Shown here: positions 30,420 through 40,040 of the stretch, in pieces | How the letters are laid out: each line of letters starts with the position of its first letter | How positions within the stretch are numbered: position 1 is the first letter of the stretch | Assembly: GCA_965248535.1 (NCBI GenBank) | Contig: CBDFJR010000005.1 | Coordinates: 1,984,001-2,048,000, forward strand | DNA from: Phormidesmis sp. | Lineage (GTDB): Bacteria; Cyanobacteriota; Cyanobacteriia; Leptolyngbyales; Leptolyngbyaceae | Length of the DNA stretch: 64,000 bases | Direction: 5' to 3' | Translations under genes and position numbers: made by a program | Notes under the pieces: model-generated | Told to the model about the DNA's origin: nothing | The model's input: the letters and a program-made list of their open reading frames with translations, nothing else | Database searches by the model: none

Positions 30420-31202
30420 ATGAACTACTCCGCTAAAGTCGATCGTATCTACACCGATGGAGCCTGTTCGGGCAATCCGGGGCCAGGTGGATGGGGCACC
30501 GTCGCTTATTTTGCCAATGGTGCGGTGCACGAGCTGGGAGGAGGCGACGCGCAAACCACTAACAATCGGATGGAAATGCAGGCGGCGATCGCGGCCCTTA
30601 AATTTTTGCACGACTCTGATCAGAAAGACCCGATCGCCCTCTACACTGACAGCGAATACGTTAAAAACGGCATCACAAAGTGGATCAAAGGCTGGAAGCA
30701 AAAAGGCTGGAAAACCTCCACAGGCAAGCCCGTTCTCAATCAAGATCTGTGGGAGATTTTAGATGAGCTTAACTCAAACCAGGTCGAGTGGCGCTATGTG
30801 CGAGGGCACACCGGAGACATCGGCAACGAACGCTGTGACACGATCGCTCGGGCCTTTTCTCACGGCAAAATGCCTGCGCTCAAAATATTTTCTGACCAAG
30901 CCCACGAGCCTGAGGTTGCCATGACAGAGCCATCACTGCCTGCATCGGTTGATTTGTCAGAAGAGTTGCCCCGCGAAGGTCGCGTCGAAAGCCTACGGCA
31001 CTTGGTCGAAACGCTGCAAATGGCCGATGAAATTGCCAGCAAAGCTTATCTGATCACCAGTTCTGAACTTGCCGATCTGATGGATGTCAACGCCAGCGCT
31101 GTCACCAGTCGCGGTGATAACTGGGTTTGGCGCAACTGGGTGGTCTCACGAGTGCGACGAGAAGGAAATCAGATTTTGTGGCAGCTAGAAAGAGTCGATT
31201 AA
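30420..31202 (+). CDS. rnhA: Ribonuclease HI with a C-terminal extra domain
   Basis: YTDGACSGNPGPGG, TNNRME, TDSEY, GHTGDIGNERCD. Confidence 0.93.
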   Translation: MNYSAKVDRIYTDGACSGNPGPGGWGTVAYFANGAVHELGGGDAQTTNNRMEMQAAIAALKFLHDSDQKDPIALYTDSEYVKNGITKWIKGWKQKGWKTSTGKPVLNQDLWEILDELNSNQVEWRYVRGHTGDIGNERCDTIARAFSHGKMPALKIFSDQAHEPEVAMTEPSLPASVDLSEELPREGRVESLRHLVETLQMADEIASKAYLITSSELADLMDVNASAVTSRGDNWVWRNWVVSRVRREGNQILWQLERVD

Positions 31203-31249
31203 GAAGGTGAGTTCAACGGATCGGCGGCTAGCCCAAGCGTGCCCTCACG

Positions 31250-31561
31250 TCATGACCCCACACATCGGACTACGGGCACTTGCATGGCATCTGACACAAA
31301 GCAAGCGCCGCCAAACTTATTCAAAATTGGATTAAGCTCTTCGATCACGCCCTCCATCTGTTCAGTAGAGCAAAATGCAATCACATAAACGTTATCTAAA
31401 CTGTTGAGTGAAAAGTCATCTGACACGGTGCCGCGAGCACTTTTTCCGCCCACATTGCGAATCACGGTATAGCCCGGAACACCAGATATATCTAGCCCCT
31501 TGAGGATTTTATTAAGCTCGACTGAACTTGCCATAATCTCAATGCGTTTGACGACTTGCAT
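31250..31561 (-). CDS. sbtB: PII-like regulator SbtB
   Basis: KRIEI..GYTVIRNVGGK; directly downstream of sbtA. Confidence 0.85.
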   Translation of the reverse strand: MQVVKRIEIMASSVELNKILKGLDISGVPGYTVIRNVGGKSARGTVSDDFSLNSLDNVYVIAFCSTEQMEGVIEELNPILNKFGGACFVSDAMQVPVVRCVGS

Positions 31562-31563
31562 GA

Positions 31564-32535
31564 TTAACTCCAGAACAGATTGATTCCATATAAATAAAGC
31601 GGAATTCCTACCAAAATATTAAAGGGAAAGGTGACTGCCAAAGCCGTCGAAATATATAAACTAGGATTGGCTTCAGGAACGGTGAGCCGCATCGCCGCAG
31701 GAACGGCAATATAAGACGCGCTGGCACAGAGAACGGCAAACAATAGCGCATTGCCCGGCGACATTTGAATCACTTTGGCGATCGCGATACCAATTCCAGC
31801 ATTAAAGATTGGGATTAAAATCGCAAACGAAATCAGAAACAAGCCCGCTTTTTGCAAATCCTGAATTCTTTTAGCAGCAACCAGCCCCATGTCTAACAGA
31901 AAAAAGGTCAGCACTCCATAAAATAGATCTTGAGTAAAAGGTTTCAAAGCCTTTTCGCCGTGCTCTCCGGTCAAGATGCCAATGATAATGCTGCCAAACA
32001 ATAAAAACACTGAGCCGTTAAAAAACGACTCTCGCAAGATTTCTCCCCAATCAAAATCTTGTCTGTCTTGATTTACGGCAAACACTTTCACTAAGATTAA
32101 ACCCGCCACGATCGCGGGTGACTCCATCAATGCTAGCGCTGCCACCATATATCCGTCAGAGGCAATGCCAAGCTGGTCGAGAAAAGAGCCAGCCGTGATA
32201 AACGTGACGGCACTAATGGAACCATAGGTGGCCGCGATCGCCGCCGCATTATAAGGATCTAACTTGATTCTCAAGATAAAAAAAGTGTAGACCGGAACCA
32301 GACACGACATTAAAACGGCCGCCCCAATGGACAACACAACGCTCTGAGTCATGCCGCTCTTAAACAATTCTGAACCGCCCCTAAACCCGATCGCGATTAA
32401 TAAATACAACGAAAATAACTTGGGAATCGGAGACGGAATTTCAAGATCAGACTTGACCAAAACAGCCGACATTCCTAAAAAGAAAAATAAGACAGGCGGA
32501 TTCAAAAGGTTGGACACGACTAGGCTGACATCCAT
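31564..32535 (-). CDS. sbtA: Sodium-dependent bicarbonate transporter, SbtA family
   Basis: YGSISAVTF, ALMESP, ASASYIAVPAA, TFPFN. Confidence 0.9.
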   Translation of the reverse strand: MDVSLVVSNLLNPPVLFFFLGMSAVLVKSDLEIPSPIPKLFSLYLLIAIGFRGGSELFKSGMTQSVVLSIGAAVLMSCLVPVYTFFILRIKLDPYNAAAIAATYGSISAVTFITAGSFLDQLGIASDGYMVAALALMESPAIVAGLILVKVFAVNQDRQDFDWGEILRESFFNGSVFLLFGSIIIGILTGEHGEKALKPFTQDLFYGVLTFFLLDMGLVAAKRIQDLQKAGLFLISFAILIPIFNAGIGIAIAKVIQMSPGNALLFAVLCASASYIAVPAAMRLTVPEANPSLYISTALAVTFPFNILVGIPLYLYGINLFWS

Positions 32536-32673
32536 TCACGGCTCCCGATCGGTTGATCAAGTCACAAATATTCAGATTACAACACTGAGCCGCTGATCGT
32601 GGGATTCTAAACAACTCTGCCCCCAAAAAACTCACGGTTAGCCCAGCGATCGTGCGCCTTCTTTCTGACTGAC

Positions 32674-32682
32674 TGCTATAAT
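32674..32682 (+). promoter_or_regulatory. Extended -10 promoter of tRNA-Arg
   Basis: TGcTATAAT 12 nt upstream of the tRNA. Confidence 0.7.
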
Positions 32683-32694
32683 GCGCTTAACTTT

Positions 32695-32768
32695 GGGGCT
32701 GTAGCTCAGATGGATAGAGCGACCGCCTCCTAAGCGGTAGGTCGAGGGTTCGAGTCCCGCCAGTCTCG
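32695..32768 (+). tRNA. tRNA-Arg(CCT)
   Basis: Cloverleaf with acceptor GGGGCTG/CAGTCTC, anticodon arm ACCGC-CTCCTAA-GCGGT, T-loop TTCGAGT. One A-G mismatch in the T-stem; CCA not encoded. Confidence 0.95.
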
Positions 32769-32884
32769 TATAGGTTGCTAAAGTCCCTGAAGACCTTTTG
32801 GCTTTCAGCAGCTTTTTTGTGAGTCATTGCAGGCCGTCTTTAAGGTAGGCTGAAGACATCGTAAAATCAAGCATTCAAGACATT

Positions 32885-33691
32885 GTGAATAATAAAAGTC
32901 TCGACTGGCGGACTACCCTGGCGTTAGCTCTAGTGAGCGTCATCGCTCTGATCGGGCTGAATGCGATCGTGATCATCAACCCCGGACAGGCGGCCGTTCT
33001 CAGTGTGTTGGGCAAAGCTCAAGACGGCGTGTTGCTAGAAGGCGTTCACCTCAAGCCGCCCCTCATCTCAACGATTGATCTCTATGATTTGACCGTGCAG
33101 AAGTTTGAAGTTCCGGCCCAAAGCTCAACCAAAGACTTGCAGCAGCTAACCGCGAGTTTTGCGATCAACTTTCGCCTAGATGCCACTCAAGTTGTGGTGA
33201 TTCGTCGCACCCAAGGATCGTTGCAGAATATCGTCTCAAAGATTATTGCCCCACAAACCCAAGAGTCGTTTAAGATCGCCGCCGCCCGCCGCACGGTTGA
33301 AGAAGCGATCACCAAACGAGACGAACTCAAACATGATTTTGACATCGCCTTAAGCGATCGCTTGGCCAAATACGGCATTATCATTCTTGATACCAGCGTC
33401 GTCGATCTGACCTTCTCGACCGAGTTTTCAAAAGCGGTTGAAGAAAAACAAATTGCCGAGCAGCGAGCGCAACGAGCCGTCTATATTGCCCAAGAAGCCG
33501 AACAAGAAGCGGAGGCCAACGTCAATCGAGCCAAAGGGCAAGCCGAAGCGCAACGACTGCTGCGAGAAACCCTCACCGCAGAATTATTGCAAAAGCAGGC
33601 GATCGACAAATGGGACGGCAAATTTCCGCAGGTCATGGGCGGCAATGGCGCACTCCCCTTCATCAACCTAGATTTGCCGACGCAGAAATAA
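32885..33691 (+). CDS. Prohibitin/SPFH (band 7) protein
   Basis: SSTKDLQ, FSKAVEEKQIAEQ, AKGQAEA. Confidence 0.92.
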   Translation: MNNKSLDWRTTLALALVSVIALIGLNAIVIINPGQAAVLSVLGKAQDGVLLEGVHLKPPLISTIDLYDLTVQKFEVPAQSSTKDLQQLTASFAINFRLDATQVVVIRRTQGSLQNIVSKIIAPQTQESFKIAAARRTVEEAITKRDELKHDFDIALSDRLAKYGIIILDTSVVDLTFSTEFSKAVEEKQIAEQRAQRAVYIAQEAEQEAEANVNRAKGQAEAQRLLRETLTAELLQKQAIDKWDGKFPQVMGGNGALPFINLDLPTQK

Positions 33692-33755
33692 AGCCCCTAA
33701 ACCCCTCAGTTTGGAGAACTTCGGGATTCCGGTTTCTCCAAACAGGCAGAGGCGA

Positions 33756-34226
33756 TTAAAGGATGCTGGCAGACGGCAGATCGCCCAAGCGGACAGCGCC
33801 GATCAGCGTGTCAGAGTCCGCTAACGTAGGAATAACCGTGTCTCCTGCCAGCAGATAGTAGAAGGCGCGCACCTGCGGCCCAAAAATTATTTCATCCCCG
33901 TTTTGCAAATCACAGGTTTTTAATTTTTGGCTATTAATGATCAGCCCATTGGCGCTAGGGCTGCCTCTGAGGGTGCCATCGACCAAGCGATAGTAGTGAG
34001 TGCCATCGTCATTGGGCAACTGGAGCAGCGTCGCATGACGGCGAGACACAAACTGAGAGGCTAGCCGAATATCGCACTTGGGATCGCGACCGATCGAGTA
34101 AGTGACTTCTTGGAGTCTTAACTCTCGCCGTCCGTGATCGTCTTCGATAACTAGGACATGATTTTGAAAGGATTCTAAAGACATTGAGGCAGCAACCAAG
34201 GTGTAACAAATCTGAGTATTCCCCAT
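33756..34226 (-). CDS. FHA-domain protein
   Basis: IGRDP, VSRRHA, SANG, GDEIIFG. Confidence 0.9.
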   Translation of the reverse strand: MGNTQICYTLVAASMSLESFQNHVLVIEDDHGRRELRLQEVTYSIGRDPKCDIRLASQFVSRRHATLLQLPNDDGTHYYRLVDGTLRGSPSANGLIINSQKLKTCDLQNGDEIIFGPQVRAFYYLLAGDTVIPTLADSDTLIGAVRLGDLPSASIL

Positions 34227-34304
34227 TATTTTCCAAAAGAATTTCTCGATCGGGTGTAACTCAAATCACCTTGATAAATTCAGTACCTAATCTTCATTAA
34301 ATTC

Positions 34305-35231
34305 CTAAAGAGAAGTCGATTCAGATTCTACTGAGATCGAGGGCTGTCTCACCGATGGCAAGGTCATCTGATCAACGACAGGCGTGCAGCCTAGCCACTG
34401 ACGCGAAATGGCAATAAAGGGTTCAGGATTGCCACTCACCCAAAACTCAGTGGGTTTGGGCGATCGGGCCTGCTTTAAACCCAGCAGATCCAGTTCTTGA
34501 GCGGCCGCCTTGACGACGTGCACCGCCGGATCGATTAACTGCACCGATCGGGGCAACAATGACTTCAACACGGGGGCCAGATGGGGATAGTGGGTGCAGC
34601 CGTAGATCAGCGTGTCGATTTCTTGCTCGATCAAGGGGGCTAAATAGTCTCGCGCCACCTGATAAGTATGGGGTTCATCAATGCGGTTTGCCTCAACGAT
34701 CGGCACAAATTCAGGGCAGCCAATCTGCCAAACTTCTGCGGTGGGATCAACTTCTAAAATTGCGTCTCGATAGGCGTTGCTGGCGGCGGTGGCTGGGGTC
34801 GAAATCACGCCGATCCGCTTACCCACCTGCACGGCGGCTCGTGCCCCTGGCAAAATCACCCCTAAAATCGGCAGGTCAGGAAACTCCGATCGCACCGTCT
34901 CGATCGCCAACGCCGAACTCGTGTTGCACGCCATAATCACCATCTTGACTCCGCGCTGCACCATCCAAGTCAAAATCTCTCGCACATAGTGCAGGATCTC
35001 GCTGCGAGACTTTGTTCCATAGGGCAATCGCGCCGTGTCTCCAAAATAGAGAATCGACTCATTGGGCAATTGGCGATAAAGCTCCCGTAAAACGGTTAAG
35101 CCCCCAACGCCGCTATCAAAAACGCCGATCGGGGCTTGGCTAGACGGTTGCTGACTGAGTAAAAACTCGGTTTGCCGACTAAAATCGGATGCTTGACTTT
35201 TCATAGATAAAGGCTGACTCCACACACACAC
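34305..35231 (-). CDS. murI: Glutamate racemase
   Basis: FDSGVGG, ACNTSS, GCTHYP. Start uncertain. Confidence 0.97.
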   Translation of the reverse strand: MCVWSQPLSMKSQASDFSRQTEFLLSQQPSSQAPIGVFDSGVGGLTVLRELYRQLPNESILYFGDTARLPYGTKSRSEILHYVREILTWMVQRGVKMVIMACNTSSALAIETVRSEFPDLPILGVILPGARAAVQVGKRIGVISTPATAASNAYRDAILEVDPTAEVWQIGCPEFVPIVEANRIDEPHTYQVARDYLAPLIEQEIDTLIYGCTHYPHLAPVLKSLLPRSVQLIDPAVHVVKAAAQELDLLGLKQARSPKPTEFWVSGNPEPFIAISRQWLGCTPVVDQMTLPSVRQPSISVESESTSL

Positions 35232-35326
35232 TGACCGCCGACTTTGACCCTAACTCAGGGAAACGTCTAGATGGTTCTTAGTCTAGAGGTTAACGCCGAT
35301 TGGCTCAATCCCCTTCTTTTAGGCTG

Positions 35327-37117
35327 CTATCGCATGTACTGCAAAATTCCCCGTGCGATCGAGTCTGCCATCTGTTTGCGATAAGCAGCCGTCGAGAGTT
35401 TTGCCGCATCGTCTCTGCCCGTCACAAACCCGACTTCGACCAAGACCGATGGCATTGAGGTTTTTCTCAGCACATAAAATCGCGCCGTCCGCACGCCCCG
35501 ATCTTGAATTCCGGTTCCTTGCAAAACGCTATCGTGAATCGATCGCGCCAACCCTGCCCCACTTTGGTAATAGTAGGTTTCTAAACCACTAATATCTGGA
35601 CGACTGAGGTTGATCGAGTTGGCGTGAATGCTGACAAACAGCGTGGCGTTGATGCGCTCTGCCAGGCTAACGCGAGGTTCTAAATCGACATCGACATCGT
35701 TAGTGGTGCGAGTCAGCACCGTCTGCACGCCCTGCTGTTCTAGAGAGGCAGCTACTTGGCGACCAATATCCATCACGATTTCTTTTTCTTGTAGCCCGTC
35801 GATGCCAACGGCTCCGGGGTCAGGCCCGCCGTGCCCTGGATCGATCACGACCACTACTTTGCCATTGGGGACGCGAGGCAGATAGACGGGCGGCGCGTTG
35901 GTAGACGGCAGGGGGATGTTAGATCCAGGAATGCCGCCTGGCGACACGGGGAACAAGGACGATCGCCGCAGTTGCAGGGCGAGAAGCTGCTGACTGGGTT
36001 GATTGATCTGCCCGATTTGCGTGCCCGATGCTGGCGAGAGAAAAATTGCTACTGTGCTCGGATCGTCTTGCCGCAAGCGGACTTGTAGAAGAGGACTGCT
36101 GGCGGTGAGTCGTGGCCCTTGCACCGATCGGTCTAACCGTGCTGAAGGAATCGTGATGCGATAAGCGCCGGAGGCTCGATCCCACCCTGAGGTGTAGCGA
36201 ATCGGACGATCGGAGCGAATCAATAGCTGCCGACTGCCCTCTTCTAACTCAACGGACTGAATGGTTGCCAGCCCGCTGCTGGGAGGTTGACTGCTCTCTG
36301 GGTTGGTTGCCATCCCGGTTTGAGGCAGCAAGACGATTCCCGTTGAGCCGCTGGCGCTGGCCTGCCAGTCACCACTGCTAGGAGATGACATCAACAGCGT
36401 TAGGCGCACCACGGGCGGAGACGAGGGCAGTTGGGTCACCTGCACTCGATTGACTCCGTTGCGGTTGACGAGAAAATCACGAGACGCGAGGCTGGGCGCG
36501 ATCGTAGCTCCATAGAGATCGACGAGGATCTGACGGCGATCGCCCGATCGCTGCACGCGTGTTTGGGGCTGACCGCCACTGGTGCGAATAAAAAACCCAT
36601 CGGGGGTCGGTTGAATGCTCTGAATCTGCGTAGCGCCGATCGCGAGGCTGGGATTGTTTGACCCGATCGTGGGCACCGTCACCGAGGAAGGATCGCCCGT
36701 CGCAGAGGGCGCTGAGGTCATTTGAGGAGTCGGAAGCTGCACCGTCCAGCTTTGGGGAGACGCGCCGCGAAACCGCACCTGATTGGGGTCGATCGTATAG
36801 CCGGGTGCTAGCTCTACCACGATGCGGGCCGTGTCGCGATCGAACTGCCCCACCCGCAGCGATTGAATCGAGCTTCCGTTGCCCGGTTGCGTCACCGCAG
36901 GGCGACCGAGGCGAATTCCGGGGAGGTCGATCACTAACCGGGTTGGGTTAGCAATTAGCTGCGCTCTGGGCTGCACGCCTTCATCGGTGGTGAACTCTAG
37001 ACGGTTTTGGTTAGCATCAAACCGCCAAAACTGTAGTTTGGCTGCTTGAGCAGGCAATGTAACTAGAAAAAAGGCAAAAGGTAGCAGAAAAAAGAAAAAA
37101 TTAGCCGCTCCTTTCAC
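35327..37117 (-). CDS. amiC: N-acetylmuramoyl-L-alanine amidase (AMIN domains + Amidase_3)
   Basis: IDPGHGG, SIHAN, LVEVGF motifs; signal peptide after GTG 37117; upstream of murI. Confidence 0.92.
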   Translation of the reverse strand: MKGAANFFFFLLPFAFFLVTLPAQAAKLQFWRFDANQNRLEFTTDEGVQPRAQLIANPTRLVIDLPGIRLGRPAVTQPGNGSSIQSLRVGQFDRDTARIVVELAPGYTIDPNQVRFRGASPQSWTVQLPTPQMTSAPSATGDPSSVTVPTIGSNNPSLAIGATQIQSIQPTPDGFFIRTSGGQPQTRVQRSGDRRQILVDLYGATIAPSLASRDFLVNRNGVNRVQVTQLPSSPPVVRLTLLMSSPSSGDWQASASGSTGIVLLPQTGMATNPESSQPPSSGLATIQSVELEEGSRQLLIRSDRPIRYTSGWDRASGAYRITIPSARLDRSVQGPRLTASSPLLQVRLRQDDPSTVAIFLSPASGTQIGQINQPSQQLLALQLRRSSLFPVSPGGIPGSNIPLPSTNAPPVYLPRVPNGKVVVVIDPGHGGPDPGAVGIDGLQEKEIVMDIGRQVAASLEQQGVQTVLTRTTNDVDVDLEPRVSLAERINATLFVSIHANSINLSRPDISGLETYYYQSGAGLARSIHDSVLQGTGIQDRGVRTARFYVLRKTSMPSVLVEVGFVTGRDDAAKLSTAAYRKQMADSIARGILQYMR

Positions 37118-37853
37118 GACTGTTTGATTGATTTTTTCTGGCTTTTTTTGAACTAGTTGAGATAATAATCCGCTGCGTTTCAAAGCAATTTCTCCTGATA
37201 AGCCTCGTATCTTTGAAGGGGTTGACAAATCGAAAGTTATCTAAGATTTAAGGCGCAAATTCCTGCGATTGGTCATGTTTTTAAGCAGATACAAGGCTGA
37301 GTTAGATGGCATTTTGACTCTGCCTAAAACGATAAGATTGCCAGTCTTGCAACCTGAATACTGGGGAGCACTCTCCTCAGTGAAAAGAATTCATCAAGAG
37401 CCAAGACCGTGGTTGTTGTTTAGTATTCTCAAGTCGATCGCGCCTTTCTGGATAATCTATAAAAATCACAGAAGTTTGATGCCCCTCGAATTTTGGAGAC
37501 GCAGAGATCGACAGTCAAGTTTCGGAAAGTATCTATAAGATTTTGACTCGAAGCGTTTGATGGCATAGGAGAAGTGAGGCAGGAAGCAGCGTGGTTTGGG
37601 TGAGTGCGTTTTTGCCAAATTTATCTAATCAACAAGAATTAGATTTGGGCTACAGCATTCTAATACACTTGCTTTCTGCTCAAAATATTTTTTTGATGAT
37701 TTTGAACGAGTTGGGGGCAGCGATCGGGCAAACCAGATCAGTGTCTTGCGTCAATGTCAGTCATAAATAATGCGGTGCTCACCGTGTTTTGTATGGATAC
37801 TATGGAGGAAGGACGGGTGAGGCAGCGTCAACCACCCCACCCACAAGGGGATG

Positions 37854-38258
37854 CTGCGATTCGTTCAGTCTAAATGAGTAGGAATACTCAAGGACGACTG
37901 GCAAGGACAAAGAAGGGAGCAATCCCGACCGAACCTTGGCAACTTGATAGCCATGTAGGTGAGGGTGACATTCCCAAGTCCTACCCCGTAGGTGCAGCGG
38001 TGAAAGCACGACCCCTATCGAGGAGACTAGCCATCAAACCGATAAAGCGGGGCGAAAGACGGTAACTAACAGCCTCAGTGGGTAATCCCTTTAGCAAGAA
38101 CCCATGAGTAGCGAAAGCAAAGATGCACTTGAACCACCGGGATGTGGAACCAGCGAAATCAGGCTCTATGCGCTGGAGCCAAAAGGCAAAGGGTAAATCG
38201 GGATAGCAGTTCACCCGCTGACCATCATGCACTCCAAGAACCCCGGTGGACAGTATCA
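37854..38258 (+). mobile_element. 5' fragment (domain I only) of a group II intron, probably chloroplast-like IIB
   Basis: Starts CTGCGATTCGTTCAGTCT (GUGYG-like) exactly inside the IS right-end hairpin; GNRA-capped hairpins (GTGAAAGC, GGCGAAAGAC, GCGAAAGC); EBS-like loops. No RT ORF, DV or DVI seen. Confidence 0.7.
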
Positions 38259-38845
38259 CTATACTGATTTCCTCGACTATCGACCGCCGGGGAGACAATG
38301 CCCAAATCGACTCCTACAAACTCGTCGGTCGCAGCAAATTCAGGAGTTTCAATCTCCAGAACAACGTGCAGCCACCAACGCCCTTTGCGGTCTTGCAGCA
38401 AGTCTGCACTGGTGTTTTTCCAGGTCAGATATTGGCGATAGTATTCAGCAATCTCAAAGGTCAGTTTGACCCGTCTCTTGAGGCTGAGAATCGTCACTTC
38501 GCTGCGGTCAAACCAGATCGTGTAAGACCGAGCATCGTAGCGAATGGGGCAACACTTAGAGGTTGGACAATTGACCGTCTTGCCCTTCTTTTTCAGGGTC
38601 TTGGCAGATTTCAAAGCCTCGGTTGCTTTGACTCGTGCAGCACAGACCAGTTGAGAAGGAAGTCCAGTCTGAGCGCGATGGTCGTAGTAGGTTGCTTTGT
38701 GCAACTCTACGCCATTTGCCAAGTCGTTTTCCCATCCATGCTGAGACACGGCATTGAACGACTAGGTGTATTGCTCAATCGTTTGAGACAGCACCTGAGC
38801 CGTTGCGATGTCGGGTTTGAGTTGGATGCGAATCGTTCTCTGCGT
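38259..38845 (-). pseudogene. tnpB: tnpB pseudogene
   Basis: Start codon reads ACG (38845), in-frame TAG at codon 28 (38762-38764), truncated just after RuvC-I VGVDLG. Confidence 0.88.
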
Positions 38846-39030
38846 ACAGATATACTACCATCATATGGGGCTGGTGTTATCTGTCATTTGCAGAGATTAC
38901 GTGCGAATCTGCGGGGCGTTGAACCCCTTGACCCGCGCACCTATCCCTCCCAACCCACAAGGGGAGTGGGTTTCCCGGTGACGCAATGAACCAAAATGAA
39001 GGTTTTGGGAATTGTTGTGTTAAATATCAC

Positions 39031-39063
39031 ACTATAACGTTACAACATACTATAACGTTACAA
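39031..39063. repeat. Tandem direct repeat ACTATAACGTTACAA x2 (18-bp period)
   Basis: Identical 15-mers at 39031 and 39049, each with a TAACGTTA palindromic core. Confidence 0.85.
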
Positions 39064-39486
39064 AAGTCTCACCGTCTCAAAGCCTAAAGGATGTTTCCGA
39101 GGGCAATCGCCGTGAGAAATTTCATCAAACTCCCGTTAGATCCCGTTAAGCCCGATCGTCTGAGAAGCCAGGAATAATAAAAACCTCCAGAGTTTTGGCT
39201 CTAGAGGTCGGACAGTTAAATGCTGAGTTATGGATACACAGGCATTTCTTCCAATTTCGGAAACTATGAAGACCCGATTTTTAAACTCGCATCCTCGCTG
39301 ATCTCAAACAAGGGCAAAATGTTTTAGTTGCCGCTCACGGAAATTCTCTGCGATCGTTGATCATGGCTCTTGACCGTCTCACCCTACCCACGATCGCCCA
39401 TTTAGACCTCGCAACTAGAGTCCCGATCGTCCATGCCATAGACACACACGGCAACGCAACCAACAAACTTGTTTTGACTGAAGACT

Positions 39487-39861
39487 ATGCAAATCAACCA
39501 TCCTGACGTTTTGACAGAAGTCACCGCTGCCTTTGAGCGCTATGAAGCGGCTTTAGGAGACAACGATGTCACGACGCTGCATGAATTATTTCTCAACAGT
39601 GCTCACACAATTCGCTATGGTGTGGCTGAAAATCTCTATGGATATGATGCGATCGCGGCCTTTCGCGATGCCCGCTCTCCGATCAATCTCGATCGGATTT
39701 TGCGAAACACCGTGATCACCACCTATGGACAAGAGTTTGCCACCGCTAATACCGAGTTTCAGCGCCGAGGATCTGGGCTAATCGGGCGGCAGAGTCAAAC
39801 TTGGGTAAAGGCACCTGAAGGGTGGCGCGTCGCCTGTGCCCACGTCTCGCTATTGGCCTAA
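39487..39861 (+). CDS. HpxZ/AtzH-like (DUF3225) protein
   Basis: [38 protein letters not shown]. Confidence 0.88.
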   Translation: MQINHPDVLTEVTAAFERYEAALGDNDVTTLHELFLNSAHTIRYGVAENLYGYDAIAAFRDARSPINLDRILRNTVITTYGQEFATANTEFQRRGSGLIGRQSQTWVKAPEGWRVACAHVSLLA

Positions 39862-39963
39862 AGCCTCAATGACAACAGATCTACGCAATTCTGACTCTGG
39901 TCACTATAGGAGGCTGACTAGTCAGCTAAATCCTGTCGATTAATGGCATGGGTCACAGACAAA

Positions 39964-39984
39964 GGGCACGGCAATGCCATGCCC
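39964..39984. repeat. Short dispersed palindromic (REP-like) repeat GGGCACGGCAATGCCATGCCC
   Basis: Identical copy at 55857-55877; both lie 3' of genes. Confidence 0.8.
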
Positions 39985-40040
39985 TCACGCCAATCTGAAC
40001 AGTCCCCCGCCTTCATCCAGAGTCTGCCGAATTCACGCTC

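Larger units (their letters stand above)
37827..38984 (-). mobile_element. Decayed tnpB-only IS200/IS605-family element containing a group II intron fragment
   Basis: Right end (minus) CATCCCCTTGTGGGTGGGGTGGTTGAC; left end (minus) TCAT|TGCGTCACCGGGAAACCCACTCCCCTTGTGGGTTGG. Both ends share the CCCCTTGTGGG hairpin core. Confidence 0.82.

Noticed and set aside
32695..32768. tRNA as an integration site for an island
   Set aside because: No integrase and no duplicated tRNA 3' end seen.
37827..37853. GTCAACCACCCC as the start of an IscB/HEARO element
   Set aside because: No iscB/HNH ORF follows. The hairpin matches the tnpB element's left end, so it is better read as that element's right end.
38246..38989. 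247-aa plus-strand ORF
   Set aside because: Antisense shadow of the tnpB pseudogene.
39031..39063. Possible CRISPR mini-array
   Set aside because: Only two 15-bp units with a 3-bp spacer, and no cas genes. No CRISPR array was seen anywhere in the window.
39063..39075. AAAGTCTCAC resembling part of group II intron domain V
   Set aside because: No upstream AGC/CGC triad stem and no domain VI; chance match.
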